Shown: in pieces, positions 13,411 through 25,243 of the stretch | Position numbering within the stretch: the first letter of the stretch is position 1 | How the letters are laid out: each line of letters begins with the position of its first letter | Assembly: GCF_018350175.1 (NCBI RefSeq) | Contig: NC_058368.1 | Location: 32,614,001-32,678,000, forward strand | Direction: 5' to 3' | Length of the DNA: 64,000 bases | Source of the DNA: Felis catus | Lineage: Eukaryota | Program-made: the position numbers and the translations under genes | The notes under the pieces: generated by a model | The model's input: only the letters and a program-made list of their open reading frames with translations | What the model was told of the DNA's origin: nothing | Database searches by the model: none

Positions 13411-14908
13411 GAGGGAGGGACGGAAAGAAGGGGACAGAAAGAGAGAATACTATGCATTAAGCATGAAAAAATATTTGTGTAGTGTTTTTGAATATTTTTA
13501 AAAACATTTTACACCATCGTGCTCATAAATGAAAAAAAAAGAAAATCTTCTAAGTTACAAAAGTATTTATCAGTTTGAATTTTCCTTTAAGAAACATTAA
13601 TTTTTTTACTTCAAATCCCCCAATTCAGGACGACTAAAAGATTACTAGAATGTTTGAAGGAATCCAACTGAGTCAAGCCTCATGACTGTATTTATAGCTC
13701 TGTACCATAATTAAATCTCTACCATTATATAGTGAGATCCTTAACAGAAGCATCCTATCTTATTGAGATAACATTGTAATTCCTATCATTCTGTTTAAAA
13801 TTATTAGATAACGATCTTATCACTTGGCAGATGGTTGTAATGTCTTTACCATACTTTTAGTACTGACCAAGAGTAGAATAAACATCCGCACTTGTTTCCA
13901 ACAGTCTGCAGTTTAGTTGCCAGCGAATGGAACTGAGCTGATACTCCACCCCTACTCTATTTGGCACTTTGTTCTTTTAAAATGTAAATTAATTAACAAC
14001 ACTAAAAATCGAGCTATGTGGCATAATGACACGCATTTCTGTTTCTCTCCAAAAGTCAGAATATTTGGGGAGGAGGGGGAAAAGGACTCCCATTTCCAGA
14101 GAGAAACGATGCCCTTGAGCAGAGTGGCAGTTACCTGTCTCACAAGGCTTCAGTGTCCTATTTTCATTTTTTTTCTTTCCTTATACCTTTTCCGTTGTTA
14201 ATTTGTATGATGGAATGTCTTCTACAGCTCTTTGAGTATGTGATCTCTATCCCATAATAACTCATACAAGCCATACTAAACACCTTCTTAAATACAATAG
14301 TAAAAATGTGATATATTATGGAAAAGTATCAGACTAGCTCTTTGAGCCACAACAGTAAAGTTGACACCTACATGTTATGAGTCTCAAATTAGGCAAACAA
14401 ATTTGGAGGACAGACTGTTTTCATGGGGAACAGAAGATTATCATGCAATAAACAATATTCATAAACTTAAATGATCAAAAGTGGAAAATTGACGGAGTCA
14501 GCCATGGCTACTTCTGTGAATAGAAAGAATTGTAGTTTTCCTTTCTAATACAAGGTATTATACATATGAAACCTTGGTTCTTAGCTATGAAATGCTATTG
14601 AAACTCTCATTGGTGGAATTCAAAGAATACTTGAATTTCAGTCAGAATATGTGTATTATACAATGAAGTTGCAGTACAATTTTGTATAAGTTTTACTTAT
14701 CATTTTAGAGTCTTATTTGGCAACTACAAGAAAGCATATAATCCTATTACTGTACTGTTACACCATATGATAGTTGATTTTGAAAGGCCTTTGTAATTGA
14801 TAAAATGTGTGGAAAATAATTTCTTTTTTTATTACCTTCAATTACTCTTGCACTCAAGGATATTGGTGTATATATGAAATGGAAACATTATATAAGAAAA
14901 CAACAATA

Positions 14909-15075
14909 GGGATGCTTGGGTGCCTCAGTCAGTAGAGTATGCAACTCTTTAGTAAAAGAAGAAAGATTTATACGATCTGAAGAGAAACCAGAGTATAGAG
15001 CATGCAACTCTTGATCTCGAGGTCATGAGTTCGAGCTCCATATTGGGTATAGAGCTTAAAAAAAAGAAGAAGAAA
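14909..15075 (+). mobile_element. Short tRNA-Lys-like SINE interrupted by a U5 retrocopy
   Basis: gggatgcttgggtgcctcagtcagtagag (A box) ... gagttcgagctcc (B box), A-rich tail, flanking repeat acaacaata; lacks the (CT)n body. Confidence 0.85.
14946..14996 (-). pseudogene. RNU5: 3'-truncated (tailless) U5 snRNA retropseudogene, about nt 1-51
   Basis: Reverse complement reads ATACTCTGGTTTCTCTTCAGATCGTATAAATCTTTCTTCTTTTACTAAAGA, the vertebrate U5 5' end with 2 changes in loop 1; TSD agag(t/c)atgcaactctt at 14934-14949 and 14997-15012. Confidence 0.93.
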
Positions 15076-15635
15076 TAAGACAACAATAACTTGAGAGCTT
15101 CTGTCAATTAGTAGAATAAACACTGTACAAAAGCACTACCAATTTATGTTTTACATTTTTGTAATTCTTATTAGATCATGTTAATGAGAATCAATCTTAA
15201 GATATAAAATCTCTATCCACATATTTTATTATGTTTCCATTTAATAGTTGTTTCCTGACTATCCTATTAGTAATCCAATGTTTTTCATACCAAAATTTAA
15301 AATAATTTTGCATAATGTGTAGATTTTTAAAAATCTAAGGTGCCAAAGTGTGGAACCTTAAAAAGGTCAACCACGTAGATATTCTTATGAGTATGTACTC
15401 TCATCAGATTGCTGATGGTCTACAATCATTGGATTGCTTCTGAGTATAAATTAGTCCAGTTCTTCTGAAAAGTGATATATCATAATTGAATTCCTTATAG
15501 ATATCCACATATTTGAAAAAAAATTCCATTTTTAGGAAACTATAGATTTTTGGCCATAGCTAAACAAATTATGCATATCATTTTGTAATCAAAAACAATT
15601 GGAAAAGTAATAATAAACAATTGCTGAGAAATGAA

Positions 15636-15672
<37 letters not shown>

Positions 15673-15678
15673 TACACA
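15636..15678. repeat. (TA)n(CA)n microsatellite
   Basis: Read directly. Confidence 0.95.
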
Positions 15679-15822
15679 TCTAGGGTAAAAATAAAAGAGA
15701 TTGGCTTATATTGAAAGATGGGTAAATTAAATCTGGAAGATTTGGGGAGAAGTGCCTTATTGTTGGACCCATGAAATCCTATTCATGAATCAAAATCACA
15801 CACACACACACAAATCAGCTCT

Positions 15823-16040
15823 TGGGGCTCCTGGGTGGCTCAGTCGGTTGAGCATCCAACCCTTGATTTCAGCTCAGGTCATGATCTCATTGTTTGTGAG
15901 TTCACGCCCCGCATCAGGCTCTGAGCTGACAGTGTGGAGCCTGCTTGGGATTTTCTGTCTGTCTGTCTGTCTCTCTCCCTGCTTTCTCCCACCTGCACTC
16001 TCTCTTTCTCTCAAAATAAGGCAAATGAACTTAAAAAAAA
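15823..16040 (+). mobile_element. CanSINE
   Basis: ggggctcctgggtggctcagtcggttgag head, A tail. Confidence 0.96.
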
Positions 16041-16114
16041 TGGTTCTTAACCTATCTGTCGCCAGATATAGTCTTCATCCTTCCACTGATTGGATCCATA
16101 TTTATAGATGAAAG

Positions 16115-16255
16115 ACACAGAACTCAGAGAAACATTTTTCTTACTGATTACTAGTTTATGATAAGAGAATGGAACTCAGATGGAAAATGTAAATAGGGCT
16201 AGGCATGGGGAAAGAGTGCACAGCTTCCATCCCCTCTCTGAGCAGGCCACTGGTA
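16115..16255. mobile_element. MER21-like LTR fragment
   Basis: aactcagagaaaca...atagggctaggcatggggaaagagtgcacagcttccatcccctctctg resembles MER21. Confidence 0.5.
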
Positions 16256-17624
16256 AATATCAGGAAAAAGACTAAAACAAAATCACTCAAGGAAATATAG
16301 TGGCCACATAATTTTTCTGCTATAGTACCAAACATGAAAGCAGAAAAAAATTTCGACCTGTTTTCTTAATATAAAACCAGTAATCCTGAATTTCTTTCCT
16401 TTGTCAGCACTTTGGTTTTATTAGCCATACAAATATTGCTTTATTTCAGAGTTTACTAATAAATATGGAGACTAAGGCTGTGCATCTCTAATTAGCAGTC
16501 ATCCCAGAAAACATTTCTTTACTCAGGAAATTTTATTTACTCAGATGTTTTATGCAGTGTAGTGATTAAAATCTTTTATGATAAAACTGAAGACAATGAA
16601 AATGACTTACGTCACAGGACTAGAAAATAAACATAAGGGCTGATTTATGAAGGGACCTTGTCAGAGTTACATTTGTATTATATCTTATAAAAATTCTCTT
16701 CTTTTTTTGGGATAAATTACCTCAATGTTATTGTGAGGAAATTTTATAGATACTCAAACTCTAAAAGTTTAATGGTATCTCCTATGCATTGTAGCCATCA
16801 TTCTTCCATCAGTTCTAATAATTGTCATATAAAACTCCTTTCAATTTTCTGTATGTGAGTCATTTACATGTTTCTAAATTTCTTTATTTGCCCAAATATT
16901 GCTTCATTCATCTGTCTTTCTCCTTTTTTTTTAGATAGAGGGTTATTAATAAACTCACGGACTCTCGCTAAATATGTTTTTAAATTAGTGTTAGAAGGGT
17001 GTGTTTTCTATATCAAATAGTGGCAAAATCATCCCAGATTAAATGACTGCATACCCTGTTGGCACACATATTTTATTCAGCTCCTCTTCACACACAGAAA
17101 AGTCACTGAGTATTTCTGTGCAGAAATTATCAAACTAAGAAGGAAGACAAATGAAGAATCGTAGAACTGGACTCAGTTTTGAGACCTACTGCTATTTCCT
17201 TGATAGTCATTTATCTTTGAGGTTTCTTTCCTTCTCTGTAATCTGAGTATTTTAACTTCAGAGTCAAATTGTAAACTCCAATTCTAGCAACCAATTTATG
17301 GAACAGCTTGGTGATAGTTGAAGGCAAGGTAGAAGTTTGCGAATAACAAAATATCACAGAAGATAATGACAAAATATCTCCTGGAGGTTTAATAGGAAGC
17401 ATTGAAGAGGTTATAATATTGTTTATTTGAATTATGTAGTTTTCATTTCTAACCTTAAGTTCATCATTTCTTTAGAAATTTGGCTGTAAAACCTATATGA
17501 TTATGAGCATGCTTTAAAGGTTCTGGCACTATCACAAGTTCTAAGAAAAAAGAAAGGCATTGCATTTTTTTTTTTTCAGAAAGAAGACACATGTGTATGT
17601 ACTAAAAAAATGAGACTAAAAGAT

Positions 17625-17853
17625 TTTTCTTTAATTTTTTGTTTGTTAACATTTATTTATTTTTAAGAGACAGAGAGAGGCAGAGTACAAACAGGGGAGG
17701 TGCAGACAGGGAGACACAGGATCTGAAGCAGGCTCCAGGCTCTGAGCTGTCAGCACAGAACCTGTAGCAACCTGAACCCACCAACCATGAGATCATGACC
17801 CGAGCTGAAATGAAGAATCCGATGCTTAACCCACTGAGCCACCCAGGTGCCCC
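17625..17853 (-). mobile_element. CanSINE
   Basis: Antisense copy ending cacccaggtgcccc. Confidence 0.96.
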
Positions 17854-17929
17854 AACACTTTTCTTTTTCCAGTTTCAGAACTCTGACAAGGCTCTGTGGG
17901 TATACATTTGGAAGATGCCCCAAACTTGT

Positions 17930-18597
17930 CTCTGACTGCCCCTCCATAAGGAGGCCGGCTCTCAGCTACCTGCTCCTTCTGGGGCGCAGGCCTAAGGCCA
18001 GAGAGGTGTTGGCTTCCCAATCTCGGGCTGTGGAGTCATCACTTCGGTGCAGGGAAGGCTAAAGAGAGGACCGAAGGGAGGCAGATCAGGGCCTGATAGC
18101 CCAGGCTGGGGCATGGCTTGGTTCTGTGTGCTCCCTCGCCTCTGTGCCAGGTTTTTCCTATCAGAGAGCGGCTCTGGGTCTCCCTGGTGGTACTCGCAGC
18201 ACCTGGGGGCTTCCCGGTGGAGCCCCGGGTGGGTAGGGGATGTAAACCCTTGACCTTTCTGCGACTCTGTGTGTGGGTGTGTGTGCGTGTGTGCACGCGC
18301 ACAGTGATGCCTATGCCTTAAAAGAGGATAGCGGCTGGGATAACAGGGGTCTCTGGACTTCCTGAGTCCAAAAAGGCTCTGGTGGGCTTCTCCCAGGATG
18401 ATGCCTCCTCCTTTGGGACTGGGGCCCTGCCACTTGCTCGGATGGCGGCAATCGCTGCAGCTGGGGCGAGAGGCCCGGGCCCTAGATGGTGGTCATGGTG
18501 ACTGTGCAGTTGGAGTGCCTTTGCTGTCACCAGCCTGTCCAATTCGTCTGCTTTCTCTAGAACTCTTTCACTTCTAGCGTCTTCCAGTGAGGTAAGA
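17930..18597 (+). promoter_or_regulatory. GC-rich, CpG-retaining island; candidate promoter and first exon ending at 18591
   Basis: Sharp GC rise with many CpGs in AT-rich DNA; NBRE TGACCTTT 18251-18258; TG/CG tract 18268-18302; TTAAAA 18318-18323; X-box-like GTGGTCATGGTGAC 18489-18502; donor GAG|GTAAGA at 18591/18592. Confidence 0.5.
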
Positions 18598-19781
18598 AAA
18601 CTGGGAATACTCAGTGCTTTTTTTTTTTTTTAATGATGATCATGTCATTCTGTGTCAGAATAGTCATTCACACTCCATTTCATTTATACTAGCAAAGGTA
18701 ATATAATTTTTGCCAACATCTAGTTATTCAAGTCTGTTGGAAGAAAAGATGATCAAAGAGATAAAAACCCAGGCTTAGGAAAGGAGTGAATCATGTGCAT
18801 TGAGTATCTTACTTGATTGAATTCACTATGTGTTTGTACTAGACAAATCATTATTTTTCCTTGGCGTCCTAAAATAAATTATATCATTATATCATTAAAA
18901 GTTAAAGGAATCCTAGGTAGCGATTTTTCCCCCTGAGTTTTGAAAACTATATGCTTTCTGACCATGCTTAAGAAAAAAACCAAGACACTAATGGTATAAA
19001 AGAATATACAGGTACTCCTTACAGGATTTATTCATTGTCTTGTTCATTGTATCTTGATGACAGATTTTGGTATATTTTTAATCAAGTGCATTTCCTTGAA
19101 ATTGACAATTATGAAGTTTGATCTCAGAGATAAACAATAAGGGCTTATGTAGAAAAGTTAACATAACTTTTCTTACATCTTACATCTTATATCAACTTAC
19201 ATGTAACACCTTACATCTTATATCAACTACCTCTTTTATTTTACCTCAAAATAGCCAATTTCTATTAGCCAAATGATTATAGTATTTTTTCTATTGAATG
19301 GTTAAAATATAAAATAATTGAAAGTCATTAAATTCTCTTTAATTCTATTTTAATTCTATTGGTTATGTCATTTTGGATTAAATTAATGTGTATGAAAAAG
19401 TCTATTTTGTTAGCAAATGCTAACGAACTTTTGAACTGAGTCTTGAAAAAAATAATATCTTAAAAAATTATTATTTAAGTTTTTCAAAGCTTCTAACATA
19501 GAAGAGAAACACTAGTAATCTCAAGAGAGTAATTGAATCAATTTTTACTTTTTAAACAATTTCAATTACATAAACATGATTTTATGTAAAGTAGATATAA
19601 AGAAGAATAAACAGATGTACTTAAATTATTTTTAAAGTGAAAACATTACAAACACTCTTCCATGTATCTCTAAGATTAGGATAAGAGACTATATCTTTGG
19701 AAACAGTAGATTTAAACTTACCTACCTCTTACTCATGAGGCCATTTGAATTGCTAGAATAATATACCAGTGTGTTTACTCA

Positions 19782-20018
19782 TTTTTTAAAGTTTATTTAT
19801 TTATTTTGAGAGAAAGAGAGCGAGCAGGGGGAGGGCCAGAGAGAGGGAAAGAGAGAGAGAGTGAGAGACAGAGAGAGAGAGGGAGAGAGAATCCTAAGCA
19901 GGTTCTGTGCTGTCAGCTTGAAGACCACCATGGGGCTTGAACTCACAAACCTTGAGATCTTAACCTGAGCTGGAATCAAGAATCGGATGCTTAACCCACT
20001 GAGCCACCCAGGCGCCCC
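19782..20018 (-). mobile_element. CanSINE
   Basis: Long (GA)n tract; flanking repeat actcattt. Confidence 0.96.
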
Positions 20019-20614
20019 TTGACTCATTTGTATTCCCAAATGACCGGTACGGCCAACTGGAAAATTAATGCGAAACATGTGGGTGTAGATAGGGGCCATA
20101 TTAGCAAAATATTTCGGGAGAATCTGCACCACAAAATAGATGTGCCAAACCCAACTCAAGAAACTGGGATCAGTAAAGACGACTGTGAATGTCTTTAGAG
20201 ATTATATGTGGAAGCTTCATTTTGCAGCGCTTTAGTGCCATGAGTGCCAGCATGGTGGGAAGCTTGGGGAATGAGATGCTGTTGCCTTTCATTTGATAAA
20301 ACACTGCTCCCTCATCTTCCTGACCCTTTGCTTAGCTCTGTGTACTTATTTCCTAACATACATCATTCCCAAGATTCTTCCAACATTCTCATTCTGATTT
20401 GAATCCTTTTCAAAAGGTATCTCTTAAAAACTTCAATCTGTATTCTGTGACTCCGATACAAGGTATAGATCCTGCTTCATTTCCAGTACTATGCCTTCCC
20501 TGAAATCTCTGATTTCTCATGACCCGTTTTCCCAAACAGCTATTCTTTCTGTTTTATAATTGTTCTGTCTTCCTAATACAATTAAAATATAGAATAAGTC
20601 ATATCAGAAGCTGT

Positions 20615-20770
20615 AAAATAATGGCCAATAGGTACATGAAAAGATACTCAACATCATTCATCACCAGGGAAATGCAAATCAAACCCACAATGAGATATCG
20701 CCTCACACCCGTTACCCTGGCTGTTCTCAAAAAGTCAATAGATAACAAGGGTTGGGAAGATGTGGGACAA
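20615..20770 (+). mobile_element. L1 ORF2 3' fragment
   Basis: Encodes [12 protein letters not shown]...[16 protein letters not shown], the L1 ORF2 C-terminal region. Confidence 0.9.
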
Positions 20771-22371
20771 AGCAGTTGTACTTTTTTACTGATAAAAAGT
20801 CCCTTAATTTACTGTTACCTGAAGAACAAATGATTTTGCAGAAATAAAAGGTAATGTTAATGAAATTAAAATGCCTTAACTAAAATCAGATATGTAAAGC
20901 AGATATTATTTACATACATTTTAATGCATATTATTGCAAAATTAGAATTTCCATTTAATTTCAAGAAAGTGTTTGCAATTTTCTAAAACCTATATCCACA
21001 GTGCTTGAAATCTCTCTCTTCTCCTTAATAAAATTAGGATTTATTTTGAAAGCTGTATTAGCTTATCTGACTGTGACCCAGGTCATCTTGAAAACACATG
21101 GGCTCTTCAGAGGCTATTAATATGGTCTATTACTAAAAGGATATTGAATATTTTTCATGTAAACTTCTAACATTTAAAAACATTTTAATTAATACTTCAA
21201 AATAATACAAAACCAAAAATAGACCCAGAAACAGTTATATTTGAGCCTTCTTACTAGATCTCTAAATTGTTCAATGCTATCCACCCTATTATTTCTACAA
21301 CAAAGACCAAATTCCTGGTAGAGGATCAATCCATCTCATGAACTACTGATTCTTCGCAAAGTATCTCTGAAGACGGTTTATACAGTAGTTCCAAATTCTA
21401 CTCTGTTTGCTACTACTACTACTAGTTGCCAACAGAAAACCACTTAATCAGTGACTGCAACATAAATTTCTTTCCATGGAAAAAGTTGTACTGATTTTAG
21501 CAAGGCGTGCTATTCACACTTTATGTTCAGTGGAGCTTTTTCTTTCACCTTTGAGTAAGTCACTAAATACTTTTCTAACCAAAAAGAACAATGTATTACA
21601 ACGTGAGGCAAATGCAGACCACCAAGTGTTAAGAGAACCCCACAGCTCCAAACAAGTAGAAAAGTGTAACTTCCAGTTAAAAAGAATTGGTGGAAGGATG
21701 GTTGACGTAAGTAAAACGGTGTCTGGAGCTGTCCTTCCACTTGGGCCTTGAAGACAAATACAAAAATTTAATTCATAATGAATTCAGAACACACTATGAA
21801 TTGTAAATTATATATATAGTGTATGTTTACATAAGTCTAAACTTACATATAGGAAGCTCAGTTCAAATAGATTTGAACATCAACGTTTAAATTCTAATCA
21901 CAAAGAAATTGTGGCAAGTTCTTTTTGTACTGTAGTCTGGGTTTCTATTTCTCCATATGTAGCAAATCATTTTCTCTTCAACCCCCATCACTATGGCCTT
22001 GAGATATTTTTTTTCCTTAAGATTCTCATTTTCTGTCTCTATTTAGGTAAATCATAAGCATAGTGCTTAATAACATGAGTTATGATCCTATGTTATTGTT
22101 AAATTTGCCTTGTCCAATAGGATATAGAAAATGCTGTTAACTTGTAAAGCTGGGGTGGTTGTACTAGGAATGTGTTGTTTGAAGAATTTAGTTGTGTCTA
22201 TACTATGAGAACTATCATTTCTGGATCTCTGGCTTCTCCCAACAGTTGTGTTTTGTGCCTGGTCCATTTGTGGAATATATTACATTTCTTCTTTTGAGAG
22301 AAAAACATCTTGATTGGAGTATGAGCTGATTCAATTTAGATAGAAAAATGTAAGACACAGAATACATCACC

Positions 22372-22571
22372 CCTTTTGAATGTTTATTTATTTTTGAGAG
22401 ACAGAGCATGAGCTGATGAGAGGCAGAGAGAGAGGGAGACAGAATCCGAAGCAGGCTCCAGGCTCTGAGCTGTCAGCACAGAGCCCAACATGGGGCTCGA
22501 ACCCAGGAGCTGTGAGATCACGACCTGAGCCGAAGTCAGAAGCTCAACTGACTGAGCCACCCAGGCGCCCC
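22372..22571 (-). mobile_element. CanSINE
   Basis: Antisense copy ending cacccaggcgcccc. Confidence 0.96.
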
Positions 22572-22762
22572 TTAATTTGCATTTTCTTGATGGCATATGA
22601 TGTGGAGCATCTTTTCATGTGCTTATTTGCCACATGCTTATCTTTGGTGAGATGTCTTTTAAGGTCTTTGGCTCATTTTTTAATTTGGTTCTTTGTTATT
22701 GTTGAGATTAATAGTTCTTTGTATGTTTCACATAACAGTTTTTGTCAGATGTGTCTTTTATT

Positions 22763-22980
22763 TTTTTTTATTTTTTTTTTCCAACGTTTATTTATTTTTG
22801 GGACAGAGAGACAGCATGAACGGGCGAGGGGCAGAGAGAGAGGGAGACACAGAATTGGAAACAGGCTCCAGGCTCCGAGCCATCAGCCCAGAGCCTGATG
22901 CGGGGCTCAAACTCCCGGACCGCGAGATCGTGACCTGGCTGAAGTCGGACGCTTAACCGACTGCGCCACCCAGGCGCCCC
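22763..22980 (-). mobile_element. Young SINEC_Fc, downstream unit of a tandem dimer
   Basis: Near-consensus, CpG-rich, carries the poly(A) tail. Confidence 0.97.
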
Positions 22981-23186
22981 TCAACGTTTTTATTTATTTT
23001 GGGGACAGAGAGAGACAGAGCATGAACGGGGGAGGGGCAGAGAGAGAGGGAGACACAGAATCGGAAACAGGCTCCAGGCTCTGAGCCATCAGCCCAGAGC
23101 CCAACGCGGGGCTCGAACTCCCGGACCGCGAGATCGTGACCTGGCTGAAGTCGGACGCTTAACCGACTGCACCATCCAGGCGCCCC
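22981..23186 (-). mobile_element. Young SINEC_Fc, upstream unit of a tandem dimer
   Basis: Near-consensus; the pair is bounded by TSD cagatgtgtcttttatt at 22746-22762 and 23186-23202. Confidence 0.97.
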
Positions 23187-23771
23187 AGATGTGTCTTTTA
23201 TTAATATTTTCTCAAAGTCTGTTGCTTGTCTTCTCATTCTCTTGGCACTGTCTTTCACAGAGCAGAAATTTTAACTTTAATGAACTTTTGTTTATTGATG
23301 ATTTCTTTTATGACTCGATTGTGCCTTTGGTGTAGTGTCTAAAAAATCATCACCATGCTTAAGATCATCTAGGTTTTTACCTGTGTTATCATCTAGGAGT
23401 TTTGTAACTTTGCATTTTACATTTAGCTCTGTGATCCATTTTGAGTTAATTTTTGTTAAGGGTAGAAAGTCTTTGTCTAGACACATTTTTTTTAACATGT
23501 GGATGTTCAATTGTTCCAGAAACATTTGTTGAAATGACTTTTCTCCATCGTTTTGCCTTTGCTCCTTTGTCAGAGATGAGTTGACATATTTCTGGGGGTC
23601 TATTTCTGGGCTTTCCATTCTGATGCATTGATCTATTTGCCCATGCTGTATTGATTGCTGTGGCTTTATAGTAAGACCTATACTTGGGTATTGTCAATCC
23701 TCCTACTTTGTGCCTCTCTTTCAATATCATGTTGGCTATTCTGGGTCTTTTGCCTCTCTGTATTAATTTTA

Positions 23772-24002
23772 TTTTTTTAATTAAAAAAATTTTAATTTTT
23801 TTTTAAATTTTTTTTTCGAGAGAGAGAAAGAGAGAGAGCATGAACAAGGGAGGGGCAGAGTGAGAGGGGCAGAGAATCCGAAGCAGGCTCCAGGCTCTGA
23901 GCTGTCAGCACAGAGCCCGATGTGGGGCTCTGACTCACAGCTATGAGATCATGACCTGAGCCGAAGTCAGATGCTCAGCCAGCTGAGACACCCAGGTGCC
24001 CC
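23772..24002 (-). mobile_element. CanSINE inside L1
   Basis: T-rich tail, body ending caggtgcccc. Confidence 0.96.
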
Positions 24003-24847
24003 AGATTTTAGAGTAAGTTTGTTGATATACACAAAATAAATTTCTGGAATTTTGATTGGGATTTCATTGAATCTATACATCAAGTTTGGGAAGAACTTAA
24101 TATTGACAGCATCTGAGTAAATATATACACACATATACGTACAAGCTGGGATTGGGTGTTTCTCTTCTCCTAAGTGGAAGGCTAGAGTGGGCTGGAGTTG
24201 GGTATGTATGTTTCCTTGGGCTATTCAAGCTCTGATAAGACCCCATCAGGTTGGGCTCTGGTTAACTGGTTTCCTCTGAGGGCAGGTCTTGTTAAGAACA
24301 GAGCCCTTCTCCATATTTCAAAAGGGTTCCTTTTCTCCACCCTCTGCTGGAAAAATGAGAGGATTTCTCTTCGATATTTACTGTGGCATCCTGGTCAGAT
24401 TCCTGGAAGTGAATCTCACAATATTGTGGAGACCCTCCTAAGACTGGCTTCCCCTGAAATTTTTAAATCTCAAGAGTTATCCACACTGAACTTCTAGCTA
24501 TTGATCAATTGCTGTTTGGGATTTTCTGCTCCAGTCAGGTTTTCCCTGTGGTTTCAGCTCATGAGTCTCTGCACCAGTAAGCTTGTAACTATCTACATTT
24601 GCCTGTCTGTCTCCAATCTTGGGGGCAGCAGCTTGCCCTGTTTTCTTCTCTTTAGTTATAGATCCGAGAAAATTTGTTGACTTTTTCAGTCTGTTCAGCT
24701 TTTTACTTACTATTAGGGCATAAAGGTAACTTCCAATCTCCTTATATGCAAACATAGAAACCAGAAGTCTCCAGTGGTTTTAAATTCTTATTTTATTTTT
24801 TCACCATAGCATCAGCCTCCACTGGTGTATTAGATATATATTTGTTT

Positions 24848-25058
24848 TGGGGCACCTGGGTGGCTCAGTCAGTTAAGCATCCGACTCTTGGTTTTTGCTC
24901 AGGTCATGATCTCACAGTTCGTGAGTTCAAGCCCTGTCTCGGACTCCATGCTAACAGTGCAAAGCCTGTTTGGTATTCTCTGTCTCTCCTCTCTCTCTGC
25001 CTCTCCCCCAACCACACTGTCTCTGTCAGTCTCAAATTAAATAAACTTAAAAAAAAAG
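24848..25058 (+). mobile_element. CanSINE
   Basis: TSD agatat(a/g)tatttgtttt on both sides. Confidence 0.96.
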
Positions 25059-25197
25059 ATATGTATTTGTTTTTTTAAATTATTGTTTCTCTGCCATGTA
25101 AGTATGAAAGTTCAGTGAGAGCAGACAGTTTGGATTTTATATTCACTACTGTTTCATCTATATCTGGAAGAGTGACTAGGAATTCAATATATTTGAC

Positions 25198-25243
25198 GAA
25201 GGAAGGAAGGAAGGAAGGAAGGAAGGAAGGAAGGAAGGAAGGA
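25198..25243. repeat. (GGAA)n microsatellite at an L2-like 3' end
   Basis: About 11 GAAG units read directly. Confidence 0.95.

Larger units (their letters stand above)
22572..24770 (-). mobile_element. Old L1M element: ORF2 3' part (22572-24110) next to a 5' UTR-like segment (about 24140-24770), interrupted by three SINEs
   Basis: Translations KINSKWITELNVK and GGLTIP..YYKATAINTAW; taacttccaatctccttatatg...aaaccagaagtc resembles an L1MB/MC/MD 5' end. Confidence 0.75.

Noticed and set aside
14909..15075. Functional tRNA-Lys gene
   Set aside because: Mutated stems, an A-rich tail, flanking repeats and an internal insertion mark it as a retroposed SINE-like copy
18318..18629. Minus-strand open frame ...DARSERVLEKADELDRLVTAKALQLHSHHDHHLGPG...AAILF*
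   Set aside because: No ATG, no good acceptor, no recognised homolog, and open frames are expected in GC-rich DNA; TBLASTN would settle whether it is a pseudogene fragment
19170..19228. Short repeat cttacatcttatatcaact occurring twice
   Set aside because: Ordinary slippage-type duplication; not a CRISPR-like array
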